NCBI GenBank assembly: GCA_964648865.1
Contig: CAZYLV010000001.1
Coordinates: forward strand, 84,509-148,508
From: an uncultured Gammaproteobacteria bacterium
Lineage (GTDB): Bacteria; Patescibacteriota; Patescibacteriia; 2-12-FULL-57-11
Direction of reading: 5' to 3'
DNA length: 64,000 nucleotides
Positions 29,101 through 38,248 of this stretch are shown one piece after another. How positions within the stretch are numbered: position 1 is the stretch's first letter; each line of letters begins with the position of its first letter. The notes under the pieces were generated by a model, which was not told the DNA's origin, did no database searches, and worked only from the letters and a program-made list of their open reading frames with translations. Both the position numbers and the translations under genes were made by a program.

Positions 29101-29205
29101 CATCTGGGCGCGCGCCGTGCGCGGGACGAAGAGCCCCGCCGACCCCAAGAAGAGGGTCAGCGAGAGCAGGAACGCCGCGGATGTTTTTCGCGCGCGTGGC
29201 GACAT
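20146..29205 (-). CDS. giant Cys-rich exported/surface protein (3019 aa) with carbohydrate-binding-like modules
   Basis: Signal peptide (ARA-QMVVTDP); very many Cys; NLVRNPSFE and WDFEGG CBM-like segments; C-terminal PKD-like VDWGDG. Confidence 0.85.
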   Translation of the reverse strand: MSPRARKTSAAFLLSLTLFLGSAGLFVPRTARAQMVVTDPVTGANTTINNVEDFLDKVLLGGVTMAFINAINYFAQKIAYDAAVYIASGGKGQGTLFQYKDFGAYLSDVALGAAGEAIGTFSEIGFLGFNLCEPSGPDAPRINLAVQLGIASQYQSPEPKCEWSDIAQSWDQFTTSFETGAILRNIQVSVGPGQTGLSALFQAPLKVKEKVSAQELISKLEREEGDGFKAVTDIVTGRQKTPAAVIRETALEQTARQSGQQQQSTASVIGPVLSKGVIQVLTVALGTFVNTLASTLLQSAFEGGLFETTGYDLACAFRDAVPDSREALSGLNCPPDLSDAESVVRGGRAAARAAFAGLLAPRVSEVASYDAVAEFTVCPDTLRGPNNCVMDPSFAAGVRVALQGEPLTVRQAIQQGYLHADWPLVPPTGEGASRNADPYCFTNAYCYSNLIKLRKARIIPIGFELAAEKADPDTTLGDVVSAFNDCDGPNGEFCKLIDPDWIIKYPVTQCRARVYGPTLLTADSDIRSEVCVDAPTCIAENPDGTCGTGYGYCTRERNVWRIEGDSCPAQYAGCQTYAGQGGRSLSVLTTTVDRGICSVENAGCRWYATAQDPAGDTGDWRADQGRLFLDRDAGTCDAQAAGCTELIRREGLEANLVRNPSFESREQTATRPDAWVGAPAAYVTDLFDAQDGSAAVVPGAGPFLQVIGIDPGETYAFSYHARWASGAAVGGAFAQLRVTDAAGTALSVPASDTSCAGMALAATPDSDVVFSRAACSFTAPAAAAFVEVSLTSSSGAQVDAVQLEYGRFESGFRATAYATTSRDYLTLPPAWLGCTGGDTDPPGCEDYAGICRQDEVGCDAYTPSTGGTPVPGIVADENRCPAVCAGYATYKEEASTLSFARYPVHLIPQRGDTCSVASAGCTEFTNLDLAAAGGEAREYYAQLRTCEKPAVGETVPVYYTWEGSDTTGFQLKEWRLKAGAAVGPGGARPPEVIRGTDLASCTREIYLAGTNPDCREFFDIAGNVSYRLYSRTIVITEECRPLRMTELPTDPAATDAASCSAGGGRFVDGRCNVCEGIGGTWNSTSVSDLGCTFNAYAPESRSCGAPEAGCRLYTGNAGANVRRLASWDFEGGSRDGWQPDAATAVSTESTAVGGHSLRVDAGTELTRGVVADPRIVQGDTYYLTFWAKGRGTVGVRFSGARPEQAFTAGATLGATWNRYSFGPVLVDWVPAADERLVFTGFTDTSFIDRVELTRVASNIALVKDSWTIPAVCDQNAAGAFLPQAQLGCTEYRAEKAERTEYLTGFSSLCREKAVGCTAFVQTQQSLSPGRESWNALCVLAAPAAAPTPCTVDGREVCTVGVNRRSCRYVADDVPLAVSFAMAAAGTCQVDGVTIVDGTGVPVRLGAPGTCVGRPQDLVVVPADRTVYVVDDGEHECDQGEAGCTLAGNPAGRTCTMPDGADADSAPDACTPGAGATTCDCTVGGELICRVAAGETACRAPLPWREPYPAGTAVAYADVPVLNNPQTYGESLCTIEAVGCQEWTEVGITTGKAYFKDPEDRTCEYRKTVRVGTREYDGWFRKGTDIPCDGSYVISGATYGIWRNGDVDYAGFAGLCPAQFSSCTEFLDPTDKDITAPLGRPYTYLKNQKIDLATCRDQVNPLDGCVLFNDTSSPVLSSSADVSNLAAEVRGGASAPVTCGPAGCGQCLYRSTISGTTCTSARWGGSCSVTEHCLDAEAGETGTCVLPAADGSPSEPRFAGGGTCSDRFLDGRGREVSLGDFQALYAPAQDDANVVMKVTRDRVCGEWLACQSSTPVWDPSRNRFIEICDAIGRCAEYQKSGDTSVCTRWVSREPTILTAETYASRETGYGALDYSGYSVPHMYDVESLRQIPVGRFCTDDATRACESDADCAGVGLCNQVPTFRLARVIGACDATAVDGDACDNADFPARGTGRCWSGFCAQSPYGSPVETATVLRDEPLPLTPFGIEQNTEAPSCRTYPERNAPFPNSVVREWKATSTPDFLRSLPKTVSPSFNRATLCERGQDCECTYEKIEYTGGQGTIYRSAVSEVTPPSGLCQGGPRDKQDCDPSAATSCGTGGTCNAISRVNTVQGIEGYCLERDLGFSINGLQDHSYEQPGRACITWLPVDRLSGNVDVYNNYPNAGFNVSGAAYCAVPDAYKRIAPYARFNTTSHSIMVGGDPYTVVMGCAENTLSDVIPECTPYCRAGSGGCVEPKILIDDEQGNPERDCPADEAFVVMAGVPSSSHDAAGVEDCPGRRTTYESGNHYICVPRNSRHMADPLKRPCEPPREQGLPMQRYNQATTSHCDEDGIGYVTPAQIPTYIQAPASYAEVWLLEGKTLKQSAGLDYPDDDVTITATGIEPDSALGHYADCVALDTPIPDGPNSPGTPFLGCEAAVTVATVGSPVLNKVYTGRLGNGRTTPPGAGYTITDPIGIRTETPELRYTWAQTPDALQPYGRAVTANIDEQTAANVDYSPVEHLTCRVDGTRAYNLPTVGGTCPAGATEVSNAESRPYATITAGGTGITCPVGEDGDVACSAAPGASQPQCDQGSGRVRACLQRCTVPSGGTDPCPGLGLGTCEFNVDLNAGFCTTPVDPGPVGVDTWATSPRACDSRWPIDGVRRRSDPHDREIVGTCVNADSSIGSRACVFESDCAHLRCVPTDPERPTAGICQNSGTGTGRVCDVDGVTCRSYGADAAGTGLPNLEYVLERLRQLFAATQSLFLYHRTDVNSNVNADYRVFAPGVPLPAEVDYDPASLVYDESHIVGQPPVVLAVEGCNTSNQCFEGATDRITVNGQSVGDIVGGNGFKQVSVRFFAYAQNDQMPIRNVIVDWGDGTNPSGNNPNSSYKNRRGYEYRVTTRPDGTEARELQSRCDGTTFGTSSDACDSTAPFAYNHAYICSSDPTARCWDGTNNCVRVQPDGREACVYRPRVQVQDNWGFCNGTCDAPGGTAASSCYNALTNSTLTSGGVTTNECALTPGNIRVNTPFTEYAGDIIVYPHE

Positions 29206-29214
29206 GGGGAACCT

Positions 29215-29850
29215 CTAGCGGGGCGTCGATGAGACGGCCTCGAGCGGATTGTTCTTCTCCAACGTCTGTCGGAAGAGCTGCATGAGCTGCTCGTCGGTGA
29301 AGTTCGAGAGGATGTCGTCGCCGACCCCGGCGCCGCGCAGCAGGACGCGCAGCTGCTCGGGCTCCATGTTCTCGATGAGGTCGGGGGTCAGCCCGACGAA
29401 ATCCGAGCCCGGCAGGGTGAGGGCGGTCGGCTGGCTGCCCGGCGTCGCCAGGAGGTCCGCGGGCTGCGAGCCGCGCGGCCCCACGGCGCTCGCGCCCGGT
29501 CCGCACTGCTGGCCTTGCGGGCAGTTGGGGTCCCCGCCCGCGGCGACCTCGGTGCCGTCGGCCACGCCGTCGGAGTCGGTATCGGCGATATAGGGGCTCG
29601 TGAGGTAGATGGTGAGCTCGTCGTAGTCGGACAGCCCGTCCTCATCCGTGTCGCGCTGCTTTTGGGCGGCGAGCTGCTCGGCGCGCAGCTGGTCCGCGGT
29701 CTTGTAGAGGCCGGTCGGCGCGCCGAAGGGCGCGCGGATGGTGCGGACGATCTGGGCCGCACCAAGCACGAACATCGCCGCGGTGACGACGAGCAGTCCG
29801 ACGAGGACGGTGCGGTGCTCTTGCGCCCAAGGCGCCTGACCCTCTTGCAT
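29215..29850 (-). CDS. membrane-anchored protein with bacterial TSP3-like Ca-binding repeats
   Basis: TM helix then DTDEDGLSDYDE..ADTDSDGVADGTE; TATAAT upstream favours ATG 29850 over 29886. Confidence 0.8.
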   Translation of the reverse strand: MQEGQAPWAQEHRTVLVGLLVVTAAMFVLGAAQIVRTIRAPFGAPTGLYKTADQLRAEQLAAQKQRDTDEDGLSDYDELTIYLTSPYIADTDSDGVADGTEVAAGGDPNCPQGQQCGPGASAVGPRGSQPADLLATPGSQPTALTLPGSDFVGLTPDLIENMEPEQLRVLLRGAGVGDDILSNFTDEQLMQLFRQTLEKNNPLEAVSSTPR

Positions 29851-29885
29851 ACGAAGACCGTTCGCGCGCGACGAACGCGCCTTCA

Positions 29886-30713
29886 TTATAGTCGTTTGTC
29901 GAGCGCCGCCGCAAGCCGCATCCAGGCCGCCGCATCCAGGCGTTCCGCACGGACGTCCGCCGGCACGCCCGCGCCGCCGAGCGCCCGCTGCACCGCGGCC
30001 TTCTCGGCCACGCCCGCCGCCGCCAGGTTGGCGGCCAACGTGCGGCGCGGCGCGGTGAAACCTGCCTTGGCCAGGGCCAGGAGCGCGGCGCGGCCGGCGA
30101 GCGGCGCGGCGGCGGCGTGGACCACCGCGGAGCGCACCTTGGGCGGCGGCAGGAAGGCCGCGGGCGGGACGTCGCAGACCTTGCGCGGCGCGCCATAGGT
30201 GGCGACAAGCAGGGAGAGCAGGTTCTTCCGCGGCCTCCCGAGGATCCGCTCGGCCACCTCACGCTGCACCATGACGGTCAGGGCGCGCGGCAACCGCTCC
30301 GCCGGGACGTCCGGACCCACCAGCGCCCAGAGCAGCGGCGTCGTGATCTGGTACGGCAGGTTGGCGACGACGGAATACCCGGCAGGCAGGCGGAGGGGCA
30401 GGATCTCCAGCGCATCGCCCTCGACCAGCGTGAACCGTGCCTCACCGGAAAACCGCTCGCGCAGCAGCGCGGCCATGCGCGGGTCGAGCTCGATCGCGGT
30501 CACCTGCGCACCGGCGGCGAGCAGGCGCTCGGTCAGCACGCCCGTCCCGGGCCCGATCTCCAGCACCGCATCGCCGGGCGCGAGCGCGGCGGCGGCCAGG
30601 ATGCGGTCGAGCACGCCCTGGTCCACGAGCAGGTGCTGACCGCGCAGCTTGGAGAGCGCGAGCCCTTGGCGCGCCAGGAGCGCGCGGACTTCAGCCCTCA
30701 GGTCGCGGCTCAT
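29886..30713 (-). CDS. rsmA: 16S rRNA adenine dimethyltransferase RsmA/KsgA
   Basis: GQHLL, VLEIGPGTG, VANLPYQIT, MVQREVAERI, FLPPPKVRS. Confidence 0.96.
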   Translation of the reverse strand: MSRDLRAEVRALLARQGLALSKLRGQHLLVDQGVLDRILAAAALAPGDAVLEIGPGTGVLTERLLAAGAQVTAIELDPRMAALLRERFSGEARFTLVEGDALEILPLRLPAGYSVVANLPYQITTPLLWALVGPDVPAERLPRALTVMVQREVAERILGRPRKNLLSLLVATYGAPRKVCDVPPAAFLPPPKVRSAVVHAAAAPLAGRAALLALAKAGFTAPRRTLAANLAAAGVAEKAAVQRALGGAGVPADVRAERLDAAAWMRLAAALDKRL

Positions 30714-31869
30714 AGAAGGCGTAGAGCAGGGTGAAGCCGGCCGCCAACAGGAACATCAGCTCCCAGCCGGGCGGGAAGAGCGAGGCGATGATGAGGCACA
30801 GCGCCGCCGCGGTGAGCTTGCCGAGGACCACGGCGTGCTCGAGGAAGATGGCCGACTTGGTGACGGAATAGCTCCGGGCCTGGTCGTACGTCATGGTGAT
30901 GAGCGGGATGCCGACGGCCGTGCGGGCGCTGCGGTAGAGCGTGTCGGCGAGGAAGACGCCGCCCAATCCGCGCGTCACCAGGCGCATCAGCCAGGAGAGC
31001 ATCGTGTAGAGCGCCCCGAGCCGCAACACCCGGACCCGCTCCCCCGAGTCGGAGAGCCGCCCCACGGCCACGGCCACGAGCATGGTCATGAGCGTCGCCA
31101 GGGAGACGATGATCCCCAGGTCGAAGAACTCCTTGACCACCAGGTACATGAAGAGCGGCCAGACGATCATGACGACGAATTCCTCGCCGAAACCCATGTA
31201 GGCCACCAGCCGTCGGCGGTTCTCCGGCTTGAAGAGGCGCTTCCAGGCGTCCTCGTAGCTGAAGACGCGCGGCGTGAAGACCTCCGGCGTCATCAGCAAC
31301 GGGATGTTGGAGACGAGGATGAGCAGCGACACCAGCACGAAAAGCGTCGGGAAGCCGAAGGTCACGAGCACCAGCCCGCCGACCGCCGGTCCGGCGACCG
31401 CGGCCACCGAGGCCAGCAGCACCAGCACCGAGATCTCGCGGCCCGTCTGCCCGGCGACGCCGAAACGCGCGAAATCGGCATGGAACCCCGGCCAGTAGAA
31501 CATCTTCTGGATCGCGTAGGCCACGATGGCCACGCCGATGAAGACGGGCGAGTACGGGATGGCGAACAGCGACAGGTAGTAGATGATCAGGAAGGGCGTC
31601 GAGTAGATGATGCCGTGCTCATAGCCGCGCGAGCGGACGACCTTGCCGCCGATCGGCAGGATGGCGAAATAGACGAGGTAGATCCCCAGGTAGAACAGCA
31701 GGATGTGCTGCAGGGAAAAGCCCACCGTCCAGAGGTAGATGGGCTCGAAGATGAGCACGGCCGAGGCCGCGAACTGCAGGATGATGGTCGAGAGGTAGAG
31801 CTCCCGGACCTGCTGGGTGCGGTCGCCGCCGAAGAGGGCGGTGAAGGCGATGCGGAGGCGGTCGAACAT
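30691..31869 (-). CDS. MFS transporter
   Basis: About 12 hydrophobic helices; GPAVGG and GRLSD motifs. Confidence 0.85.
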   Translation of the reverse strand: MFDRLRIAFTALFGGDRTQQVRELYLSTIILQFAASAVLIFEPIYLWTVGFSLQHILLFYLGIYLVYFAILPIGGKVVRSRGYEHGIIYSTPFLIIYYLSLFAIPYSPVFIGVAIVAYAIQKMFYWPGFHADFARFGVAGQTGREISVLVLLASVAAVAGPAVGGLVLVTFGFPTLFVLVSLLILVSNIPLLMTPEVFTPRVFSYEDAWKRLFKPENRRRLVAYMGFGEEFVVMIVWPLFMYLVVKEFFDLGIIVSLATLMTMLVAVAVGRLSDSGERVRVLRLGALYTMLSWLMRLVTRGLGGVFLADTLYRSARTAVGIPLITMTYDQARSYSVTKSAIFLEHAVVLGKLTAAALCLIIASLFPPGWELMFLLAAGFTLLYAFYEPRPEG

Positions 31870-31872
31870 AGG

Positions 31873-32466
31873 TCAGGGACGGACGGGTCCGGGGCGGAGG
31901 ACGACCACGCGCTCCCCATCCAGACGGACGACGGTCGAGGGGCGACGACGCGGCAGCGCACCGGCGTCGAGGAAGAGGTCCGGCATGGGGCGCCCCGCGA
32001 ACTGGGAGAGGAAGGCGCGGCGGCTGAAACAGGCGGGCCGGCCGCTGCGGTTGGCGGAGGTGGCCACGAGCGGGGCGCCGACCTGCGCGGCCACGGCGCG
32101 GACCGTCGCGGACGCCGGCACGCGCACACCGACCCTGCCGTCCGGCGCGAGCCCTGCGCGACGCACCCGGGCGTCGCGCACCGGCAGGACGACGGTCAGC
32201 GCTCCCGGCCAGTGCCGACGCACGGACCGCGCCGCCGCGGCGTCGAGGCGGAAGAAGCGGCGCACCTGCGCCTCGGACGATGCCATGAGGGCGAGAGGCC
32301 TGGGGCCGCGACCCTTGAGCCGACGGATGCGGGAGACGGCACGCCGGCGGCGGGCATCGGCCGCGAGCGCGTACGAGCTCTCGGTCGGCACCACGACGAC
32401 GCCGCCGCGGCGCAACACGTCCGCCGCGCGCCGCAGGCCAGGCACGCTCAGCGCGACGACATCCAT
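31873..32466 (-). CDS. tsaC: L-threonylcarbamoyladenylate synthase (TsaC/Sua5/YrdC)
   Basis: VVPTESSYAL, LKGR, WPGALT, ATSANRSG, PSTVV. Confidence 0.92.
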   Translation of the reverse strand: MDVVALSVPGLRRAADVLRRGGVVVVPTESSYALAADARRRRAVSRIRRLKGRGPRPLALMASSEAQVRRFFRLDAAAARSVRRHWPGALTVVLPVRDARVRRAGLAPDGRVGVRVPASATVRAVAAQVGAPLVATSANRSGRPACFSRRAFLSQFAGRPMPDLFLDAGALPRRRPSTVVRLDGERVVVLRPGPVRP

Positions 32467-33368
32467 GTGACCGTCTTGGCGATGCCTCGCTGCAGGGAGA
32501 TCCGGGGCTTCCATTTCAGGACGCGCGCCGCCCGGCGCACGTCCAGCACGCTGCGACGCTCCTCGCCCGGACGCGCCGGGGCATGCACGGGCCGCGCGGC
32601 GCTGCCGGTCACCGCACGCATCTCGGCGAGCAGCTCGTTGACCGACGTCTCGACCCCCGTGCCCACGTTGAAGGTGCCGGAGGCGCCTTTGGTGAGCGCC
32701 GCCAAGAGCGCCCGCACCACATCGTCCACATAGACGAAGTCACGGGTCTGCTTGCCGTCGCCGTAGACCATCGGCCGTCGCCCGGCCAGGAGCGCCTGGG
32801 TCCAGATGGCCACGACGCCGGCTTCGGACGTGGGGCTCTGGCGGGGCCCGTAGACGTTGGCGAGCCGGAGCGAGACGTAGGGCAGCAGCCCGGTCAGCCG
32901 GTAGGCGCCGAGGTAGAGTTCCGACGCGAGCTTTGAGACCCCGTAGGGCGAGAGCGGGCGCGCCGGATACGTCTCCGGAGTCGGCAAGACGTCCGCGCCG
33001 CCGTAGATGGCACCGCCGGTCGACGTGAAGACGAACCGCTTGACCCCGCCGGCGGCGAGCGCGCCCTTCACGAGCCGCAGCAGGCCGCAGACGTTGGTGC
33101 GCGCGTCGAAGACGGGATCGGTGACGGAGAGGCGCACGTCCTTCTGCGCGGCCAGATGGTAGATGGCCTCGGGCTTGAGCCGCCTGATCAGGCGCTCGGC
33201 TCCCTCCGCAGCGACGTCGCCGCGCACGAAACGCGCCTTGGCGTTGAGGTTTCCCCGGCTGCCCGTGGAGAGGTCGTCGAGCACGGTCACGCGGTGGCCG
33301 CGCGAGACGAGCGCGTCCGTGAGATGCGAACCGATGAAGCCCGCGCCGCCGGTGACGAGGATGCGCAT
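32448..33368 (-). CDS. NAD-dependent epimerase/dehydratase (UDP-glucose 4-epimerase-like)
   Basis: TGGAGFIGS, STGGAIYG, YGVSK, NVYGPRQ, TRDFVYV. Confidence 0.92.
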   Translation of the reverse strand: MRILVTGGAGFIGSHLTDALVSRGHRVTVLDDLSTGSRGNLNAKARFVRGDVAAEGAERLIRRLKPEAIYHLAAQKDVRLSVTDPVFDARTNVCGLLRLVKGALAAGGVKRFVFTSTGGAIYGGADVLPTPETYPARPLSPYGVSKLASELYLGAYRLTGLLPYVSLRLANVYGPRQSPTSEAGVVAIWTQALLAGRRPMVYGDGKQTRDFVYVDDVVRALLAALTKGASGTFNVGTGVETSVNELLAEMRAVTGSAARPVHAPARPGEERRSVLDVRRAARVLKWKPRISLQRGIAKTVTWMSSR

Positions 33369-33375
33369 AGCGACC

Positions 33376-34495
33376 TTATTCTACCACCTCTTTCCCCTTG
33401 CGTTTGGGGCGTCCTTCCTTGACCCAACGCAGGTAGGCCTCGACGAAGCCGTCGAGGTCGCCGTCGAGCACGCCCTGGGTGTCGGAGGTCTCATGCGCGG
33501 TGCGGTGGTCCTTGACCATCTGGTAGGGCTGCAGCACGTAGGAGCGGATCTGGTTGCCCCACTCGGCGCTGGTGTAGGCGCCGCGCAGTTCCTCGCGCTC
33601 CTTGGCGCGCTCGGCCTCGGCGATGGCCGCGAGCTTGGCGCGCAGGATCTTCATGGCGGTCTCGCGGTTCTGCAGCTGGCTGCGTTCGTTCTGGCAGGAC
33701 ACGACGATGCCCGTGGGCAAGTGGGTGATGCGCACCGCGCTGTAGGTGGTCTGCACGCTCTGGCCGCCATGGCCCGAGGAGAGGAAGGTGTCGATGCGCA
33801 GGTCCTTGGGGTCGATGGCGACTTCCTCCACCTCGCCGAGTTCGGGCAGCACCTCTATGAGCGCGAAGCTGGTGTGCCGCATCTTCTCGGCGTCGAAGGG
33901 CGAGATCCGCACCAGCCGGTGCACGCCGTGCTCGCTCCTGAGCGTCCCATAGGCATAGGCGCCTTCCACCGAGACGGTAGCGCTCTTGATGCCCGCCTCG
34001 GCGCCGCGGTGCTCGTCGATGACGCGCGTCCGGAAACCCTTCTTCTCGCAGTACCGCAGCACCATGCGCAGCAGCATGGCCGTCCAGTCCATGGCCTCGG
34101 TGCCGCCGGTGCCGGCGTGGAAGGCCAAGATGGCGTCGGTGCGGTCGTGGACGCCGGAGAAGAGCACGGTGAACTCGAGCTTCCCGTATGTCCGCTCCGC
34201 GTCCGCGAGCGCGGCTTCGATGTCGACGCGCAGCGACTCGTCGCCCTCCGCCGCGAAGCTCCGCAGGTCGGCGACGTCCGCGCGGAGCTTCTCCCAGGCC
34301 TCGATCTCCTTGCGCGACGCCGCGGCCTTGGCGGAGACGGCTTGCGCCCGGTCGGCATCCTGCCAAAAACCGGGCGCGGACATCTCCTGCTCGAGCGCAG
34401 CTACCTCGTTTTTGCGGGTATCCAGGTCAAAGTAACCTCCATGCGGAGGCGATGCGCCCGTCAAGGACAGTTGCCCGTTCGACCAGGTCCTTCAT
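33376..34495 (-). CDS. prfB: peptide chain release factor 2 with programmed +1 frameshift
   Basis: First frame MKDLVERATVLDGRIASAWRLL ends at CTT-TGA-C (34432-34426) with internal GGAGG; second frame has SPF and GGQ. Confidence 0.95.
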
Positions 34496-34499
34496 GCGA

Positions 34500-34847
34500 T
34501 TACAGGTTGACCTTCTTGGCCCAGTCGCCCACCAGCGGCAAGTCCGTCTTCTTCCCGCCCAGGGCGTTGATGATGCCCATGATCGACAGGATGAGCACCG
34601 CGATGGACCCGAAGAAGCTGATGATCCACCCGAGGATCGGGAAGATGCCGATGACCATGAGGGCGATCGCGGCGATGAACAGGACGAAGCCCTGCTTGGC
34701 GTGGTACTGCACGTACGGGCTGTCCTTCTTGCCCAGGAGACCGACCAGGCAGAGCACGGAGACGTAGCTGATCGCCGCGATCAGCTTGTTCTCTTCGACA
34801 TCCTTGTCCATGCCCCCCTGCGGCGCCGTCTTCTGCATCTCGTCCAT
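34500..34847 (-). CDS. DUF4870-like small membrane protein
   Basis: ENKLIAAISY..YVQYHAKQG..LPLVG pattern. Confidence 0.8.
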   Translation of the reverse strand: MDEMQKTAPQGGMDKDVEENKLIAAISYVSVLCLVGLLGKKDSPYVQYHAKQGFVLFIAAIALMVIGIFPILGWIISFFGSIAVLILSIMGIINALGGKKTDLPLVGDWAKKVNL

Positions 34848-34984
34848 AAGGATCTGCGGGAATAATGATGATATCGGCCCCAGCATAGCATCCCGCGGCC
34901 CGGTGGACAACCGGTTTTGACGCCGCCTCGAGGCAGGAGTAGTCTCCCAGCCGACGCCTGGAAGCGGGCGTCTGGAGGTGCAGC

Positions 34985-35350
34985 ATGCCGGACTTCGGTT
35001 CGCTCTGGCCCAACCGTCGACGGTCACGGCCGCCGACCGCCGACGACCTCGTCGCCGACGCCATCCATCGCAATCCGCCGACCGAGCGCGACGCCGAGGA
35101 CACGGACTACGCCGCCCTCTTCCGTCGGCTTGCGGACCAGGCGGTCCGCGCCTATCGCGGCGGCACGTCGGTCGAGGTCGCGCTCGACGACGCGGAACGC
35201 GCGCTCGTCACGGCGGAGCTCATGCCGATCATCGCCGGCTTGCGTCGCTACCTGCAGCACGCGCTCGGCCTCTCCAGCGAGCCGCACATCGAGTGCGACC
35301 TGCGCGGCAGCCGGCTCGGCCGACCCATCCGCTTGCGCGTCACCCGGTGA
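34985..35350 (+). CDS. hypothetical protein
   Basis: GGAGGT RBS, clean ORF, terminator-like hairpin downstream. Confidence 0.7.
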   Translation: MPDFGSLWPNRRRSRPPTADDLVADAIHRNPPTERDAEDTDYAALFRRLADQAVRAYRGGTSVEVALDDAERALVTAELMPIIAGLRRYLQHALGLSSEPHIECDLRGSRLGRPIRLRVTR

Positions 35351-35390
35351 CGCGCCGTCCCGGACCCCGCGCGGTCCTTTTTTCGTATCA

Positions 35391-35418
35391 GAAAGCCCCG
35401 TCGGATGACGGGGCTTTC
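35391..35418. terminator. terminator hairpin after groEL
   Basis: GAAAGCCCCGTC-GGAT-GACGGGGCTTTC perfect inverted repeat. Confidence 0.75.
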
Positions 35419-35427
35419 CTCTGCCGC

Positions 35428-37354
<1,927 letters not shown>

Positions 37355-37382
37355 AGACACGGAACACGTTAAGAATTCCCGA

Positions 37383-37409
37383 TTAGCACTCGAAAACGTG
37401 GAGTGCCAA
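37383..37409. promoter_or_regulatory. CIRCE element (HrcA operator)
   Basis: TTAGCACTC-N9-GAGTGCCAA upstream of groES. Confidence 0.93.
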
Positions 37410-37419
37410 TTCGCGCGGT

Positions 37420-37448
37420 ATCTTAGGAAAAGGCCGGGAAGCCGTCAA
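37420..37448 (-). promoter_or_regulatory. groESL promoter
   Basis: TTGACG-17 nt-TAAGAT. Confidence 0.75.
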
Positions 37449-37501
37449 GACGTGCGGACAAAAAAAGCCGCTGATGCGGCTGCCGGCTGGCTGGCCGCGG
37501 T

Positions 37502-38233
37502 TCAGGGCCAGGTCAGGGTGGCGATGTCGGAATCCTCCAGGAACGCGTGGAGCGCCAGCATGTCCCGCGCGACGGCCGCGGCGGCCTTCGGCGCCATGCC
37601 TTGGCTCCTGCGGCCGAGCTGGTCCACCGCGTCCCGGGTACGCACCAGGAACGAGAAGCCCTTCCGCTCGCAGGGGCTCAGGTACTCGCTCAGGCGCGGG
37701 AACAGCAGGCAGACGTCGCCGATCGCGAGGCCGCACCGCACGCGATGCAGCCCCTCGCCCTCGCCGTCCATCTGCGCGAGATGGGCGTGGACCAGGTCGC
37801 GTTCCACGAGGATGTGGTAGGGACGCGATCCGCCCCCGCCGCTGCAGCCACGCCAGGAGTCGACGCCCATCGCAGGCATTCGCCCGTCGATGACGGGCAG
37901 CGGGCTTCCCTCGCGGAACTGCTGGGCGCACCACAGCTCGAACTGCCGCGCCGTGTTCGGCCATGGTTCCTCGCGGGACCAGGTCGGCGACCAAGTCGTC
38001 TTCTCGCCGGGCGCGAAGCGGTCCGGAAGATCGTAGCCCGTCAGCCCGACGAACGCGGTCAGGCTGCCATCGCGGCGCTGCCGGCAGTACCGGAACTCGC
38101 CCCAGTCGAAGAGCGTGTCGTCCGGGCTGTCGATCCACTCCCGACAGGGGTCAGGCACGAGCCGCTCGAGGATCGGCCACACCCGGGGCCGCGCCGCGGA
38201 AGGCGCTGATTCGGTCGTCACGTCCATTGTCAA
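37502..38233 (-). CDS. hypothetical protein
   Basis: GGAGG RBS upstream; Trp/Cys-rich ORF; terminator downstream. Confidence 0.7.
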   Translation of the reverse strand: MTMDVTTESAPSAARPRVWPILERLVPDPCREWIDSPDDTLFDWGEFRYCRQRRDGSLTAFVGLTGYDLPDRFAPGEKTTWSPTWSREEPWPNTARQFELWCAQQFREGSPLPVIDGRMPAMGVDSWRGCSGGGGSRPYHILVERDLVHAHLAQMDGEGEGLHRVRCGLAIGDVCLLFPRLSEYLSPCERKGFSFLVRTRDAVDQLGRRSQGMAPKAAAAVARDMLALHAFLEDSDIATLTWP

Positions 38234-38248
38234 ACCTCCAGCACCGTC

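Noticed and set aside
33376-34495. prfB as a pseudogene, or TGA reassignment (genetic code 25)
   Set aside because: The canonical frameshift signal is present, RF2 is intact and many genes end in TGA.
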